From Amphiscolops sp. MND2022 (lineage: Eukaryota): a stretch of 64,000 nt of DNA. The first letter of the stretch is position 1. The number at the start of each line of letters is the position of its first letter. The position numbers were made by a program, and so were the translations under genes. Of the stretch, positions 12,595 through 26,011 are shown in pieces. The stretch lies in assembly GCA_964187785.1 (NCBI GenBank), contig OZ076417.1, positions 55,552,001 to 55,616,000 of the forward strand, written 5' to 3'. The notes beneath the pieces were generated by a model. It had not been told where the DNA came from and made no database searches. It was given only the letters and a program-made list of their open reading frames with translations.

Positions 12595-13800
12595 GAAGCA
12601 GACAAAGTGGAAAAAACAGTTTACAAGAACCATGGAGCAGCTTCAGAAAATTAATCAGGAATGGAGTCTAGAAAATTGCCACGTTTTTAATTCACCGCAG
12701 CCCTATAAGTTTCTGGAAGGCGAAGCACGGAACACAATCCACAACTGATTTTCAAAAAATTGCTGGAAATCGGCTTTATCTAGGTTGGTCTGCCTAAACT
12801 TTTTGAAATAGGGTCTGACAAAATCGGCATACCTCTAAGTTCAAGTTTTCTACACAACATCAATTGGTTCTAATCAAGTTTCCAGCGAACCTGAAATTAA
12901 CTTTTCAAAGTTTAGAAGTGGGTTCCTTGACTCCGTAAAAATGATGGCATGTGATGGACGTAAAGCTATCAATCAATAATTTACCTAATACTACGCAAAA
13001 AAAAATAAACTATTTCCCTAACTTTTTGAAAAAAAATAAATAATGGAAACAGTGGTAAATTTTTAAAACAATTTGAATAGCAAAACTCAAAGTACATTAT
13101 GCAGGGTGTCAATTTGGCATCCCGGAATTTTTTATTTATTGATAAAAGCAGTTCAGCTTCCAGGTGCATTGGTGTGATGTTGTGTCTTGAGTGTGTTATT
13201 TGCCTGACAAATGAGGAATTTTAATCACGCGTTTTGTTTGCTTTCCATTGCTGTTGGTGCCAAAATTGTCTCAAATTATTTTAAGTACGTGAAATAAATT
13301 ATTTCCTAAATTCTATCTGAGAATAAACAAGTTTTATTATCGTCATGAAAATTAACTTATTTATGGCCATTATTTCCATAAAAATTATTTTTTCTGAGTA
13401 GGTTAATGGTAAAGAGATACCATTGGAGTGTGTACAAAGTCTATGTTACACGTACATTATCAGCTTTCCAAGCATCATTCCCATTGGTTGTTACTTCGAT
13501 GTACTCGAAAACTTCACCTTCCGCCAAACAAACTCTTCCTCTGCACTGAGGATGCTCGATCCCTCCTGATCCAGATGAGAAGTAGTTGTCAGTCCTGGGA
13601 AAATGTTTTTGTTTGAGGATTGAGAAAAGAGTTTACAGTGAAAGCCGCACTTTGAAAGCTGCGCAGCAATTATTGTTATTAGTTTTCAATAACCGAAGTT
13701 TGAAAAATGTGCGGGACTGTTACAGTGACTAATTTTTGCTCGACGCGGTTTGAACCGACAGTGTCAGATTGCTACAGTCGTGCATCAAAAAGTGGGTCGA

Positions 13801-14196
13801 TCAGTATGGGGCTTTCATGTTGTCGAACAGACCTTGCACTGAAATATCCCCATTTGATAGGCTAGGATCTGAAGTGATTAAATCAAATGGTTGATCAATA
13901 TGATAAAGTACTATTACACAAATTAGAGTATTACGGAATAGTAAGGTTTCCACGATTCGTGAAATAGTACGAGTCCATTGTTTTTGAGCGGGCAAAATGG
14001 GAAGGTAGGACTCTGAAGAAAAAACATTTTCGAACCGCCAGCACACAAAACAATCACCGATCATCCGGAGTACACCATTAAGAAGTGACTGAGAAAAGAA
14101 GGTTGTAGCTAAAGCGTTCAAAACTTGCATCAGGCTGCCGACTTCAGAAGTAATTGTCATGTTACAAAAATGTTTTGTTGAAATTTTTTTCTGCAT
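13801..14196 (-). pseudogene. Possible relic of a CACTA (Transposase_21-like) transposase
   Basis: ESYLPIL...VIVLYHIDQP...SNGDISV loosely resembles the yL.Pl...v.l....D.PA...NG.ysC pattern of CACTA transposases. It lies inside the CCC-ended element. Motif resemblance only. Confidence 0.35.
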
Positions 14197-15273
14197 GTGA
14201 TATTGTCGTCATGTTTGAGCAAGTGTAAAGGTTTTACCTAAAAACCAAACGTTTGAATGCAGTTACAAAATCAATCGCTCGCCAGAATCCATTTTAGGAT
14301 CCTCTCCAACTAATTACAAGTAACGGGTGCATCTTGTAATTATGAACTTTTTATTTTTAAAAAGTTGAATGAGAACACCAGACGAAAAGCTAGATTTCAC
14401 TGATTGGAGGACATTTTCAGTTTTTAGGTCAGGATGTTTGCTCATTACCAACAAGCGCTTGGTTAGCTGCGTAAAATGACGTCATGAACTTACTGCGAAC
14501 TTTGTTTTCTCTCAAGCCCACTCTTAGTTCCGATAACTCCCAGCTCACATGATTCACCTTTGGCAGTGACCGCTCTGTAAGTGAGGACATCATTAGTCGC
14601 CGACCCTGGGTCGACAGAAGTCCTTTCACTTATGGTTTTCACAACTGAAAAAGAAAAAATTAAGGACGTCTTCTCATCAGAATCTTCAGTTCATAATTGA
14701 AAAACTCAAAAAACTTTAACTCATTTGGCTCTGAGATAAATCTCCAATGGAACGGCAGTTACCTCTGTAATCGTATGAAAAAGGCAACAACCCTTGTTGA
14801 AACTGCTTGAACTTTTTGCATGTACTTTAAAGTTACCAGCAACTTTCATTATGATTTTCTGAAACTCTTACGGAAACTTTCATGCGTCCTATATGAGAAG
14901 CGGTGATTAAATCAGATGAGTAGTTGAGAAAACAAAGTGTGAATACAAAGTGATTATGTCGGTAATGTAGCGGAATTTATTTTCAAATTTAATAACAGGA
15001 GTGGAAAATGCAGTGTAATGAAGTACATGATTTACTATCCGAAGTTCTCTGAATTTTCTAGGTTTTTTAAAAAATTACCCTGCATGCAGGCCTGCAGCAT
15101 GTAAAAAGTTCCTGTAGTTTCAACTAGGGAAAGAAACTGTGACTGAAAAATTCCACCAATGCTTCTCACTGTTCCATTAGTTCAATTGAATTTGCAAAAA
15201 TCAAAGTAAGTTGTTCTGTGAATTTGTCAATTTTTTTCTGGGAATTAGTCTCGAAAAGTTTTGAAAATGTTAC

Positions 15274-15468
15274 CACAATCCCCGTTGTTGCATCTAATAG
15301 TATATTTTCGAGAGCCTCCTCGGGGGCAGTTCTCAGTTAGGGTGCTGACTTGCTCGCACTTATCGTTTTTCTGCTCGTAAGCAACACATTTCTTCTCTTT
15401 CCACTGTGTCCCTATTCCGCAGGAGCATGAACACTTTCCTGTAAGCTCGTATATGATTTCATATTTGG
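15274..15468 (-). CDS. Host-gene exon, thrombospondin type-1-like repeat (195 nt, phase 1-1)
   Basis: Acceptor tttgttatag|CC at 15469 and donor TGTG|gtaaca at 15273. Encodes KYEIIYELTGKCSCSCGIGTQWKEKKCV...KC...ENC (CSxSCGxG motif). Confidence 0.65.
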
Positions 15469-15730
15469 CTATAACAAATGAACAAAACTCACTCATCAAA
15501 TCAATCCAGTGACTTTTCCGCAGTTCCAAAGAAGGCGCAATGGCATTGCTATTTTTTTCGGTGAAACAACCGAATAAAAAAGAAAAATTAAATTTATTGA
15601 AAGTCATTTATTTAGTTAACACATTTGTGTATAAGAAAATCAATGAGTCAAACAACCCGTCGTGTCTCGCCCATAGCACATGAAACTATTTACAGTCATT
15701 AATCAACAATGAAATAGCAGAGGTTGCGGG

Positions 15731-15933
15731 TGTTATACGGTGTTGATTCCGAATGACCTCTACTAACCCCAAGAACTCTAGACTACCGTACAAGTTGTTT
15801 ACAAACAAACTTGAAACTATAGAATTATATTTTGTATACATTGATCGAACAATTTTGGTACAAACTAGATATACAAAATACAGTCTACCTTTTAACGCCT
15901 TCTCATATCTTAACCTAGCTTAGAAATACAACA
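15731..15933 (+). repeat. Element A 5' LTR (203 bp)
   Basis: TGTTATACGG...ATACAACA. One mismatch to the 3' LTR (15826 vs 21446). Confidence 0.97.
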
Positions 15934-16860
15934 TGGCGCAGTCAGTCAATTTTTAACAAAATTACAACGGACTTGTATTAACATGGCTGAACGAAACATA
16001 GTACCAAACCTAGAAGCAAAAGCTACGGACGGAAACCCAGTCTTTACACCGAGACAATGGTTAGAAAGATTCCGGCAATTTTGCAAACGGGAACACAAAA
16101 TAGACATTACTCCACTAATGAAAGGAGAACAAATAACCGAATGGTCCGGAAAAGAACAAACCGTACAAGAAGATTTCATATGGGGTGTGGGACCGGAAGC
16201 ACTCTATCGAATAACGAGGGCCGAATACAAAACGGAACCCGACAGCATCAAAATATTGGTATCGATTCGGTTATTCACCGAGTTCTACATGCCGAAACGG
16301 AACACTTACCACAACCGAGGAGACTTCTTCTGGGCAAAACAGACCGAAGAGGAGACACCGGAAGAATTCTGGAGACGGTTAATTGAGATTGAAAAAGAAT
16401 GTAACTTCAACACCATCTCAGCCGAAGAACTGCTAATATCGAAGTACATGACGGCAATCACCGATAAAAAACTACGGGACAAAATAATGAAAGAAAAACA
16501 CTGGAAATGAAGAAGGTAATCGAACTGATAAAGCAAAACACAAACGAAAAGAAAAACAAAAAGAACACAATTCCTGAAGCTCTGATATCGACGAAAGAAA
16601 AACACATAATAAAACAAGAACCAATACAGAGAATGGAAACATACGGAACGAAACCGAAGAACAAAAATTTCGGCAACCGACCGTGCAGATACTGTAGTAC
16701 TCCGAACTGGACACCAATGCACAAATGTCCCGCAACCGAAGTGAACTGTAACAAATGCGGTAAGAAAGGACATTACGCGAAAGCATGCAGACAGAAATTC
16801 AACAACAGCCGAACAGTGAAAAGACTAACCGAAGACGAAACAACGAATGAATTGAACGAA
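15933..16860 (+). pseudogene. gag: Element A gag (frameshifted) with zinc knuckles
   Basis: ORFs 15983-16510 and 16507-17133; CRYCSTPNWTPMHKC and CNKCGKKGHYAKAC (CCHC). Confidence 0.9.
15934..15946 (+). promoter_or_regulatory. Element A primer-binding site (tRNA-Ser-like, inferred)
   Basis: TGGCGCAGTCAGT directly after the LTR. Resembles the complement of tRNA-Ser 3' ends (TGGCGTAGTCGG). Confidence 0.7.
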
Positions 16861-16929
16861 TCATCACGTGAATCAGAAGAAGATATACAACACATAAAAG
16901 AACTCAAGCAAATCGAAGAAACAAACAAA

Positions 16930-19900
16930 CACTATACCGCGACAGTGAAAATCAACGGAATAACAAAGGAATTCATAATTGATACCGGATCCCCAATATC
17001 GATAATGCCACCGGACCAACGAATAATGAAACTAACCGAAATCCAAAAAGTGACAAACCGATACCAAGACGTAAATAAAAAACGAAGTAAAATTTCGGGG
17101 AAAGATCCCGGTGAATATCGAGTACGAAAATAACAAACAAAAGATGGAAATTCTGATAACCGAAAGAACAGACATTACACCCTTACTGGGTATGGATTGG
17201 ATGAAAGCATTTAAACTCACAATCGGGAAAATACAACTAGCCGAGAACAGCCAATCAGAGAAAGAGAGAATATTCGGAAAATTCCGAGACTTGTTTGAAA
17301 ACAACGAAACAATAAAAGATACCGAAATAAAAATCCAACTCAAACCGGGACACCACCCAGTTAAACAAAAGGCAAGACCAGTGCCGCTACATCTACAGGA
17401 AGATGTCGGAAAAGAATTAGAAAAACTAATTCGCACCCGACACCTAGAAACAATCAACGATGTGGATGAAGACTGTTTCGTGTCGCCGGTAGTAATCACA
17501 ATAAAAAGCGATAAATCAGTGAAAATCGCACTCGACTCTCGGAAACTTAACGATAGTTGCATCAAAATGAGACCTCGCCGAATATGGAAGACTTACTACA
17601 CCAAATTTCGGTAGAAATTACACGCGATCGAACAACACAACTATTTCTATCAAAGATCGATTTGGATTATGCATACGGACAAATGAAATTGTCAGAAGAA
17701 ACAAGCCGACAGTGCGTTTTCGCACTAACCGGAGGGAATTTCAGCGGATATTACAGATTCAAAAAAGGGTTTTACGGACTCGCCGATATACCCACCATAT
17801 TCCAGGGAAAAATAGACCGAACACTTGAATATTGCACACCGGCATGGTTGGATGACATAATCGTAGTAACACGGGGGAGTAAACAAGATCACGAGAAAAA
17901 ACTCTTCGACGTTCTAGATAAACTAGAGAAAGCCGGATACAGAGCAAGTAAAAAGAAATCCGAATTCTTCATGAAAGAAACAAAATGGCTCGGACACGAG
18001 ATAAACGAAAATGGAATAAAAGCAAATGAAGAAAAAATGGAAGCCATACTAAAATTGAAAGCATCGGAAAATACAAAAAACTTAAAATCATTTCTCGGTG
18101 CAATCCAATATATGGCAAAAATCTTACCGAAACTTTCGGAACGAACAGACCGATTGAGAAAACTATTGAAAAAGAACGAACCATGGAAATGGGGGCCGGA
18201 ACAAGAAACGGATTTCAACCGGATAAAACAAATGCTAACCGAAGGCCCATGTCTAGCACACTACGCAAAAGACAAAGACAATATGGTAACAACCGACGCC
18301 AGCAAAACCGGACTCGGAATTACACTATGGCAAAAACAAAATGATGGGAACATAAAACCGATCGCGTACGGTAGTAGATATCTGAACGATACCAAAAAAA
18401 AATTATTCAAGAGGTGAATAAGATCTACTCGCAGTAGTTTGGGGACTAGAAAAATTCCGATTCTATCTTTACGGAAAGAAAATATATCTATATACGGATC
18501 ACCAAGCACTGGAACCTCTAATAAAACGAAACCGATGCAACAAACAATATAGTGCAAGAATAACTCGGTGGTTAGACCGGCTTGCACATTTTGACATTGC
18601 AATACAGCATATCGCAGGAAGTAATTTGAAATTCACAGACTATCTGAGTAGAAATCCGGTAGGGGGAGCTACACCGGAAGATAATTACGATGAGGAATAC
18701 GTAATTAACATATTATCCGAACAAGCAAAATTGAACATAAAATACGGACCAATAATCGCCGATCAATCAAAATGCGAGAAAACAACAACCGAGACAACGA
18801 ACGAGACATCCGAAGAACGAAATGAGAATTGCACGCACCAATCACAATCGAATAGAACATTCCAGAACAAAAGCGGCGTGAACAAAAAAACCGAAGTGTG
18901 AAAGTTACATCCGGGCAGTCCGAAATTAGCGCGTCACAATCAAGTTGCAAATTAAATCAACAACCGAACAACATTCAAAAGAAGAAATTATCCATTTCAA
19001 ATCCGGAAATTACCGAAATGGACAGAGAAAATTTTTATCACTGGGGCGCGACACGGGAAATCATGGAGATTATACGGAAAAGAAATAAAAGCCCGGAAAC
19101 CCGCAGACTGGTCGAACTGAGAAACGCCCTATCAAAGCCGGGGACACTGAGAAGAAGATACGACCCACACACACAGCGGACGATTTTCGCACCCACCCGC
19201 CCAAACAAACGTAGCCGAGAGGAGATTGCGGAGATAGATGCGGAGCTGCTGCAGAGGTCGAACAGGTTGGGGGAGGCTACCAACCAATAACCGAAGAAGT
19301 TGAGGAGACCGGAAATCCGGAAGAAGGCGAAATCGAACCCGATCAACCTGAAACTGAAGAAGACAGTGTCATCATGAGAGGAGACAACCTACCAATAGTT
19401 GATATCAGCAAGTTTAATACAGACGGCAAGGAAACTCACTACATCCAGATAAACCATATTGTGGGAAAGTTATCCGGAAACAGAAAGATAACCAAAGACA
19501 CAAGAAAGAAAGCCGAATTTGAATTCATGCTGGATTTAAAAACCTTAATCTCAAAGACCGCGATCGATCCCGAACTCACACGAGTCAGAGCAAGTATGAG
19601 ACGGGAAGACAGAGACACAACCCCGGACGGATACAGACCGGCATTCGATAAACTCTCTATCCGGTGGGGACTAGTGTTCATGGACGATCAAATTGTAGTT
19701 CCGGTAGACCTCCGAAGACGACTACTAGATATCTTGCACTTCGGTCATGCCGATATGACAAAGATGACGGCGGAAGCAAAAATCTTTTGGTGGCCGGACA
19801 TCAACCGGGATATTGAAAACAAAGTGAAAGACTGCATCGCCTGCCTTGCATCAGGTAAAAATTTAAAATATCAATTACCAAATAGTCACTACGGAAAATT

Positions 19901-21188
19901 GAAAAAATTAACCGAACCGGGCCAAGAAATACAAATTGATTTCACCGGAAAATTACATAATAAACGAATAAACGGAGACGTCCAAATTTTAATAGCGGTA
20001 GACCGTTTTAGCAAATGGCCTACAGCAAAAATATGCAAAACCGCCGAAACGAAGGAAGTCTTGAAATTCCTAACGAATAACTTCAACCTGTACGGAATAC
20101 CGGAAAAGATCAAATCAGATAAAGGAGGAGCCTTTATATCAAAAGAGTACGAAGAATTTTGTAAAACTCGAAATATAGAAATCGAATATTGCACACCCCG
20201 ACTACATACGGGAAACGGAGTAGTCGAAAGGGCGATACAAACTCTAAAAAACATAATGCTAGCAAACATAGAAGAAGGGACGGATTTAACCGAAAGTGTA
20301 AACTGAGCACTCCGGGTAATGCGTTCCACAATACATACCGGAAAAGAACACCCTTTGAATTACATCACGGTAGAAAACCGAGAACCGAATTAACCAAAAT
20401 AATTAAAGACGGAAAAACATATTTATCGGATTGGTCACAAATATCTATTTCAGCACCAAACAAACCGAAGATCCCGATATATGTGGGCCGCGATGCGCAT
20501 GGCGAGATCACCAATCATATGATCATGGCAAAGACCAAGGTTGAAGAAAAACAAGCCAATGAAGGCCCAAAGTTGCCGAAAAAAAAATTCGGTTAGCTAT
20601 CCTTTTTCCTTTGTAGAAAAAAACCACAACAAAAAATCACTAGAAGGAAAATTTCAAAACAAAATACAAACCGCAATTGACGGAACCGAAAATACCGTAA
20701 AAACAAATACGGGAAAAATAATACACCGAAAATTTATTTCGGGACCATTGTTTCAGCCCGAGAAGAAAAAACGAAAAGACGCGCGGCATTAGTAAATGCC
20801 GAAATAACACCGAAAAATCGACACTGCCTGAGAGGGCTGGACGGAAAGTACGGCCGATGGGATGAGATACTGCGCGACATCCTAAACGGCAAGCTGAGAA
20901 TCGTAAAAAAACCGGAAGACGAGTATCTCGGAATCCGAAGACGAGGATGATGATGACGATGAAGAAATGCCGGAAGAAACCGGCAACCGAAGCTACGACA
21001 CATCAGAACGGGGAGGTCGGCATGAGCCGATACAAACCAACCCAGAAGAAGATGTGATTCAAATCCACACCGACGGCGAAATCTCACACGGCGAGAACAT
21101 TGAAAATAAAATACGGCGATCCAACCGAAACATAAACAAACCGAATAGATACGGTTGCATACCATATACTGGAAATTTTTGGGGATAA
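16930..21188 (+). pseudogene. pol: Element A pol (PR, RT, RNase H, integrase), several frameshifts and stops
   Basis: FIIDTGSP protease; LSKIDLDYAYGQ and WLDD RT; TTDASKTGLG RNase H; H..H/C..C plus QIDF/VDRFSKW/SDKG/VERAIQTLK integrase. Confidence 0.93.
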
Positions 21189-21330
21189 ACATTATTTAAT
21201 TTGTTACAGGTTCAAACTGGAACTCTCGCAAAGAAGCCCCACAACCCGTGACCACACACAAGCCTGCTGACTTTATGCCCGACGGAACAACCTCCCCCGG
21301 AACGTCGGTATTCAACTAAAGCAAGCCCAG

Positions 21331-21350
21331 AAGGGAGAGAGAGGAGGGAA
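21331..21350 (+). promoter_or_regulatory. Element A polypurine tract
   Basis: AAGGGAGAGAGAGGAGGGAA immediately before the 3' LTR. Confidence 0.9.
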
Positions 21351-21553
21351 TGTTATACGGTGTTGATTCCGAATGACCTCTACTAACCCCAAGAACTCTA
21401 GACTACCGTACAAGTTGTTTACAAACAAACTTGAAACTATAGAATAATATTTTGTATACATTGATCGAACAATTTTGGTACAAACTAGATATACAAAATA
21501 CAGTCTACCTTTTAACGCCTTCTCATATCTTAACCTAGCTTAGAAATACAACA
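21351..21553 (+). repeat. Element A 3' LTR (203 bp)
   Basis: Direct repeat of 15731-15933. Confidence 0.97.
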
Positions 21554-21971
21554 GCGGGATCATCACCCAACAAATCAAATCAAACACTTCACTAAGGCCA
21601 GCGTGAAATCACGCTCGTGAATTAGCGTGATTTTCTAGCCAATTAGAATGCTCCGTGACATGGCGTGATTTTACAGCGGAATATGATGGTTTTGAAGTAA
21701 CTATTCTAGATTTCAAATATTGTCACTTCATATCACCAAAGTTCCGACACAGAAATCATCAATAATGTTTTTCGTGCCAAAAAAACCGGAAAGTTGAACC
21801 GAATTCTGTGATTGTTTCGATATTTTGTGCGTGAATTTAGCGTGATTTTCGATTCAGAATAGCGTGAATAAGTGCGTAATTCTATGCTGCCCTATTCACT
21901 ACTGTCAGTCACATATAAATGGCAAGTCATTCACATATGAAGTTATATTATTGTTATCCAAGTCATGAGAT

Positions 21972-22723
21972 CAGAAAGCAATTAAACAGAGAAATTACAA
22001 CCATTTGTATGCTTGGATCTCTTTCACTATATCCCCCTACAGCAAAAAGGGGGGACATAGTGAAACGCTATTAAATACATGTATTGCACATTCTAATTGC
22101 GCAGATCTGCTCTTATCTAACAACGCTTCTGATTGGCTGAGTGGGGATTTTGATAATAAGAACCAATAAAAAGTGTCGTTAGTTATGAGGAGATCAATTG
22201 ATTGACAGAATAGCATGAGAGATTAGCCAATAGGAGATAGATATAAATGAGCCACAAACATTCGTTTTGTCTAGGGGGACATAGTGTAACGAGTGATATA
22301 GGGGGGGGGCATAGTGAAAGAGATCTCAGAAAGCAATTAAACAGAGAAATTACAACCATTTGTATGCTTGGATCTCTTTCACTATATCCCCCTACAGCAA
22401 AAAGGGGGGACATAGTGAAACGCTATTAAATACATGTATTGCACATTCTAATTGCGCAGATCTGCTCTTATCTAACAACGCTTCTGATTGGCTGAGTGGG
22501 GATTTTGATAATAAGAACCAATAAAAAGTGTCGTTAGTTATGAGGAGATCAATTGATTGACAGAATAGCATGAGAGATTAGCCAATAGGAGATAGATATA
22601 AATGAGCCACAAACATTCGTTTTGTCTAGGGGGACATAGTGTAACGAGTGATATAGGGGGGGGCATAGTGAAAGAGATCTCAGAAAGCAATTAAACAGAG
22701 AAATTACAACCATTTGTATGCTT
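21972..22723. repeat. Tandem array S-M-S-M-S (period 355/354 bp); M is a ~312-bp TIR element
   Basis: 43-bp S at 21972, 22327, 22681. M (22015-22326, 22370-22680) is bounded by GATCTCTTTCACTAT / ATAGTGAAAGAGATC. Confidence 0.9.
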
Positions 22724-23799
22724 TTTTGCTGGTGTTTTCAACCGTTTTCAATTGAGTAGTAGACCACAGTGCCAAGTAACACCGCCTGGTGTTGTAATAA
22801 TATGCATGTCAGTTTAGTGGAACGGCTCCAGAGGTAATGTGTTTTCATTTTTTTCGGTTATGACTTCCTTCAAAAAATTCAGAAACTGTGAACAATCCAT
22901 AAACCTTGGATTGCATAAACGTTGGAGATAGCTTCAACGTCAATATGTTTCTTCTCAGTAAAAATACCGTATTTCTGAGCTTTCGCGAAAAGAGATCTCA
23001 TTTCTGTCCGATGTGGTACATAAATCAAGAGAAGTGGCTCATGAGATGTTTTAACAGAAAGCGCTACAAACATCAGATTTGTCCAGTGGGGAGCAAAGAT
23101 AAGAGCTGATTGTGAAATACAATTGCCGATTAAACATGGAAATTAGTGATCGAGGAATGGGTAGTTCTTACATTAGGACTTGTCAAGTTGACTACGTAAA
23201 TTCTGTGAAAAGGTTATCTAAGCATCAGTAGCGCTCAAGCTGGCAAATTGTCAACACGTATGACCACATGATATTTTTTTTTCAAAATTATGCTCAATTA
23301 TCAAAAGAACAAGATACTGATTTTGATGATCAGTTTCAAACAACACCTTATGCACATAGCTATTTTACACCGAGAACAAAAGTGTTTCCTCATGAGATCT
23401 AAGCTTCAGCTACAACAGCTAAGTTTTCCGGCCGAGTCTGCAGAAGCCATTTTCACCGTATTGACTGACCATTCCTATCCAGCAAAGGGCTCTTTCTGTT
23501 AAGTAAGTAAAAGGACACTGAATTGCATAATTTTATGAATAAAATTATCATGAAAGATGGCAGTGTACAAAAACTAATTAAATTGAACTCTGTGCTAGGT
23601 AATGCAGACTTCTTCCTATATGGAGACTGGATTCTAAAATCAACCCAATTCAAAACGTAATTAAGTGCTGGCTCAATCCTCATTTTGAAGTGATACACCT
23701 CTTTTAAATTTGATTTGAATCACTGTGGTTTAGATTCAAGATTGCTTTGATGCTTGGGTAGTGAGATCCAAACGGACACGATGCGCTTGAAAATGTAAA

Positions 23800-24149
23800 C
23801 TTCTATAATTTTTGAAACAGCAAAGAAGTTGAAAGACAAAAAGGATTGATCTGGTACACTTTTTAAATGAATTTCATCGGAGCGAAAATGGGATTGTCAC
23901 CTAGAACAGGCAACTCATTCATTTTACATTTTTGTAGATGGTTACATTAATAATGTCAAGAAAATGAGAACAGTGATTCGTGCTACCTAAAATTCGTGCT
24001 ATCCGTAACCATCTACAAAAATGTAAAATGAATGAGTTGCCTGTTCTATTTACAATCCCATTTTCGCTCCAATGAAATTCATTTAAAAAGTGTACCAGAT
24101 CGAACCTTTTTGTCTTTCAACTTCTTTGCCGTTTCAAAAATTATAGAAG
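23800..24149. mobile_element. Foldback-type MITE (~146-bp arms, ~59-bp spacer)
   Basis: 23800-23945 is the reverse complement of 24005-24149 with a few mismatches. No TSD seen. Confidence 0.85.
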
Positions 24150-25747
24150 CTCAATTGGTTGAAGTGGATGAACTTAATCCCTGAAAATATTGAGTGTTTC
24201 AGTAAGGTTCAACTTCGTAAACATACAAAAAAATTCACTGATCTTTATATTGTTGATAACAAACACCTCTACTCAATTTTTTTCTAAGCATCAAAGTAAA
24301 ACTATTCAATACGTCATAATTGGTTCTCGGGGCAAGGACTCGAAGAGCTTGTATGCTCATTCCTTGTCCTTTTTTGGATGTTCTAGATTGATAACTAATT
24401 GAATGCTATGTATCAATATGTATCATTTCATCCGAATAAATTAACTTACTTACTTACTTAAGGGATTATTTTGTGAAGCGCGACGATTCCGGCATTTTCA
24501 TCGTTTTTTGCTTAGGAACCTTTTGTTCCAGACATAATGGTTTGTGGATGGTATCCCAACCTTCCGAGGAGAATATGTGCTTCAACAGATTTTAAAACCT
24601 CCGATGACGATTGAAACGACTATTAATGGCAAGCTCAGTGCCATACTGTAATAAATGTATTGAATCCTTGATTTTAACTTTCATTGTCTTTTTAGTCGGA
24701 GTTTTTTCAAGGATAAGAGCAGCTTTTAACAGTAACTATTTTCTATTAAATTTTCGTTGAAATTGTCAACTTCATCAATGGTTTCATATCATCGTGGAGT
24801 AGTTTAAAACTTATCAGACAATGTAACGAGTATGAAAGGTAGCAAAATGTCCTCTTTCGGTGTTTTTGACATTCTGCGTATTTCAGACTTTCTTTTATTT
24901 CACCTAAGAGTTTCACTCTTCCACTTTCTTGTTGTTTGTAGTTAAAAAATCAACAAGTACAACGCAAATGTTTCAAACAACGATGCTTTGTGCTTTTTGA
25001 ACCATTAACAGGGCGGGCGCTCACCGGCTTGTTGAAACAGAGCAAATCATCAGTCGACGAAGTCATTTCTTGTTTTGATTGAGGAAAATCTCTCAACTTT
25101 TCACATCTGAGAACTGAATTTAATGTAATGCAACTTACGCGAGCAAGTTTTTTGACCATCCTCAAGTTCTACTTCCTTTTCGGTACACGGGTTGCACTTC
25201 ACTGAAACAATTTTAAGCAGCGGTGATACATCATTTTAAAAAATTCGGGAACATTTCGAAACGTTACGATTAGCTAGGGTTGATTTACATGTTTGGTTTG
25301 GCAAAATGAAAAGTTTTTTTGGTAAACAAAACGAATGAATCGTTTTTGTCGGAGAAATGCTTAAAACTGAAATGGTTCCAATGAAAATTTTCTTCTTTTC
25401 CAGTTTTTTTGGTCTTTGCCAGGACACGTTTTTGTGAATGCCATTTGTTCCCATTTTCTTCATCATCATTTACAACTCTTTCGTCTGAAGAAACGTTAAT
25501 CTCCGCAAATAGAAAATTTCAGTTTTGTTATAGGTATGTCAGGGTTTTATTTATGCAGCCTACAAAACTTATGCAGCCGGCCTGAAAACTCCTGGCTAAG
25601 TGTAGTCCCTAGAAAAGGTTAGCATGTTTGTTGTATGGCTCGGTCGCTTCGCTCCTTTCGCCAGGTAGCAACAATGCGGTATGACCATATGGCACGTCGC
25701 TTCGCTCCTGCATTTAGGGCACTAAGGGTATGTGAACATGGTATGCG

Positions 25748-26011
25748 GAAAACTCGTCTAAAACAACTCGCTGAATGCAACTCGTCGAAAACAACTCGTC
25801 GAAAATAAAGGGCGGAAAACTGGTGGAAAATTAACTCGTCGAATAATAATTGAGTGCAAACTCGTCGAATAATTGCTTATTACAAACAAGGATTATCCAG
25901 TGCTAATTGTGCTAATCATAGATTTATTTTCTTTAATTGATTTCCAGTTTCGCGCATAATATAGCTTTTCTAGTTATAAAATTGCTTGAAGTATTTCACT
26001 TTTATAGTTAT
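25748..26011. repeat. Left half of a subterminal-repeat DNA element split by element B (right half ~41480-41685)
   Basis: AACTCGTCGAA repeats left of B and the reverse complement TTCGACGAGTT repeats right of B. Confidence 0.65.

Larger units (their letters stand above)
10871..15129. mobile_element. Non-autonomous CACTA/EnSpm-like DNA transposon (4259 bp)
   Basis: Imperfect 37-bp TIR (CCCTAGTCGA...GAACTTTTTACATGCTGCA vs revcomp CCCTAGTTGA...GAACTTTTTACATGCTGCA) with 2-bp TSD AA. CCC termini with 2-bp TSD are typical of animal EnSpm elements. Confidence 0.7.
15731..21553 (+). mobile_element. Element A: full-length Gypsy/Ty3 LTR retrotransposon (5823 bp)
   Basis: TG...CA LTRs, 5-bp TSD GCGGG (15726-15730, 21554-21558), PBS, PPT, domain order gag-PR-RT-RH-IN. 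Confidence 0.97.

Noticed and set aside
21972-22723. CRISPR-like repeat-spacer pattern
   Set aside because: The intervening units are identical 312-bp TIR elements, not unique spacers. The context is eukaryotic with no cas genes.
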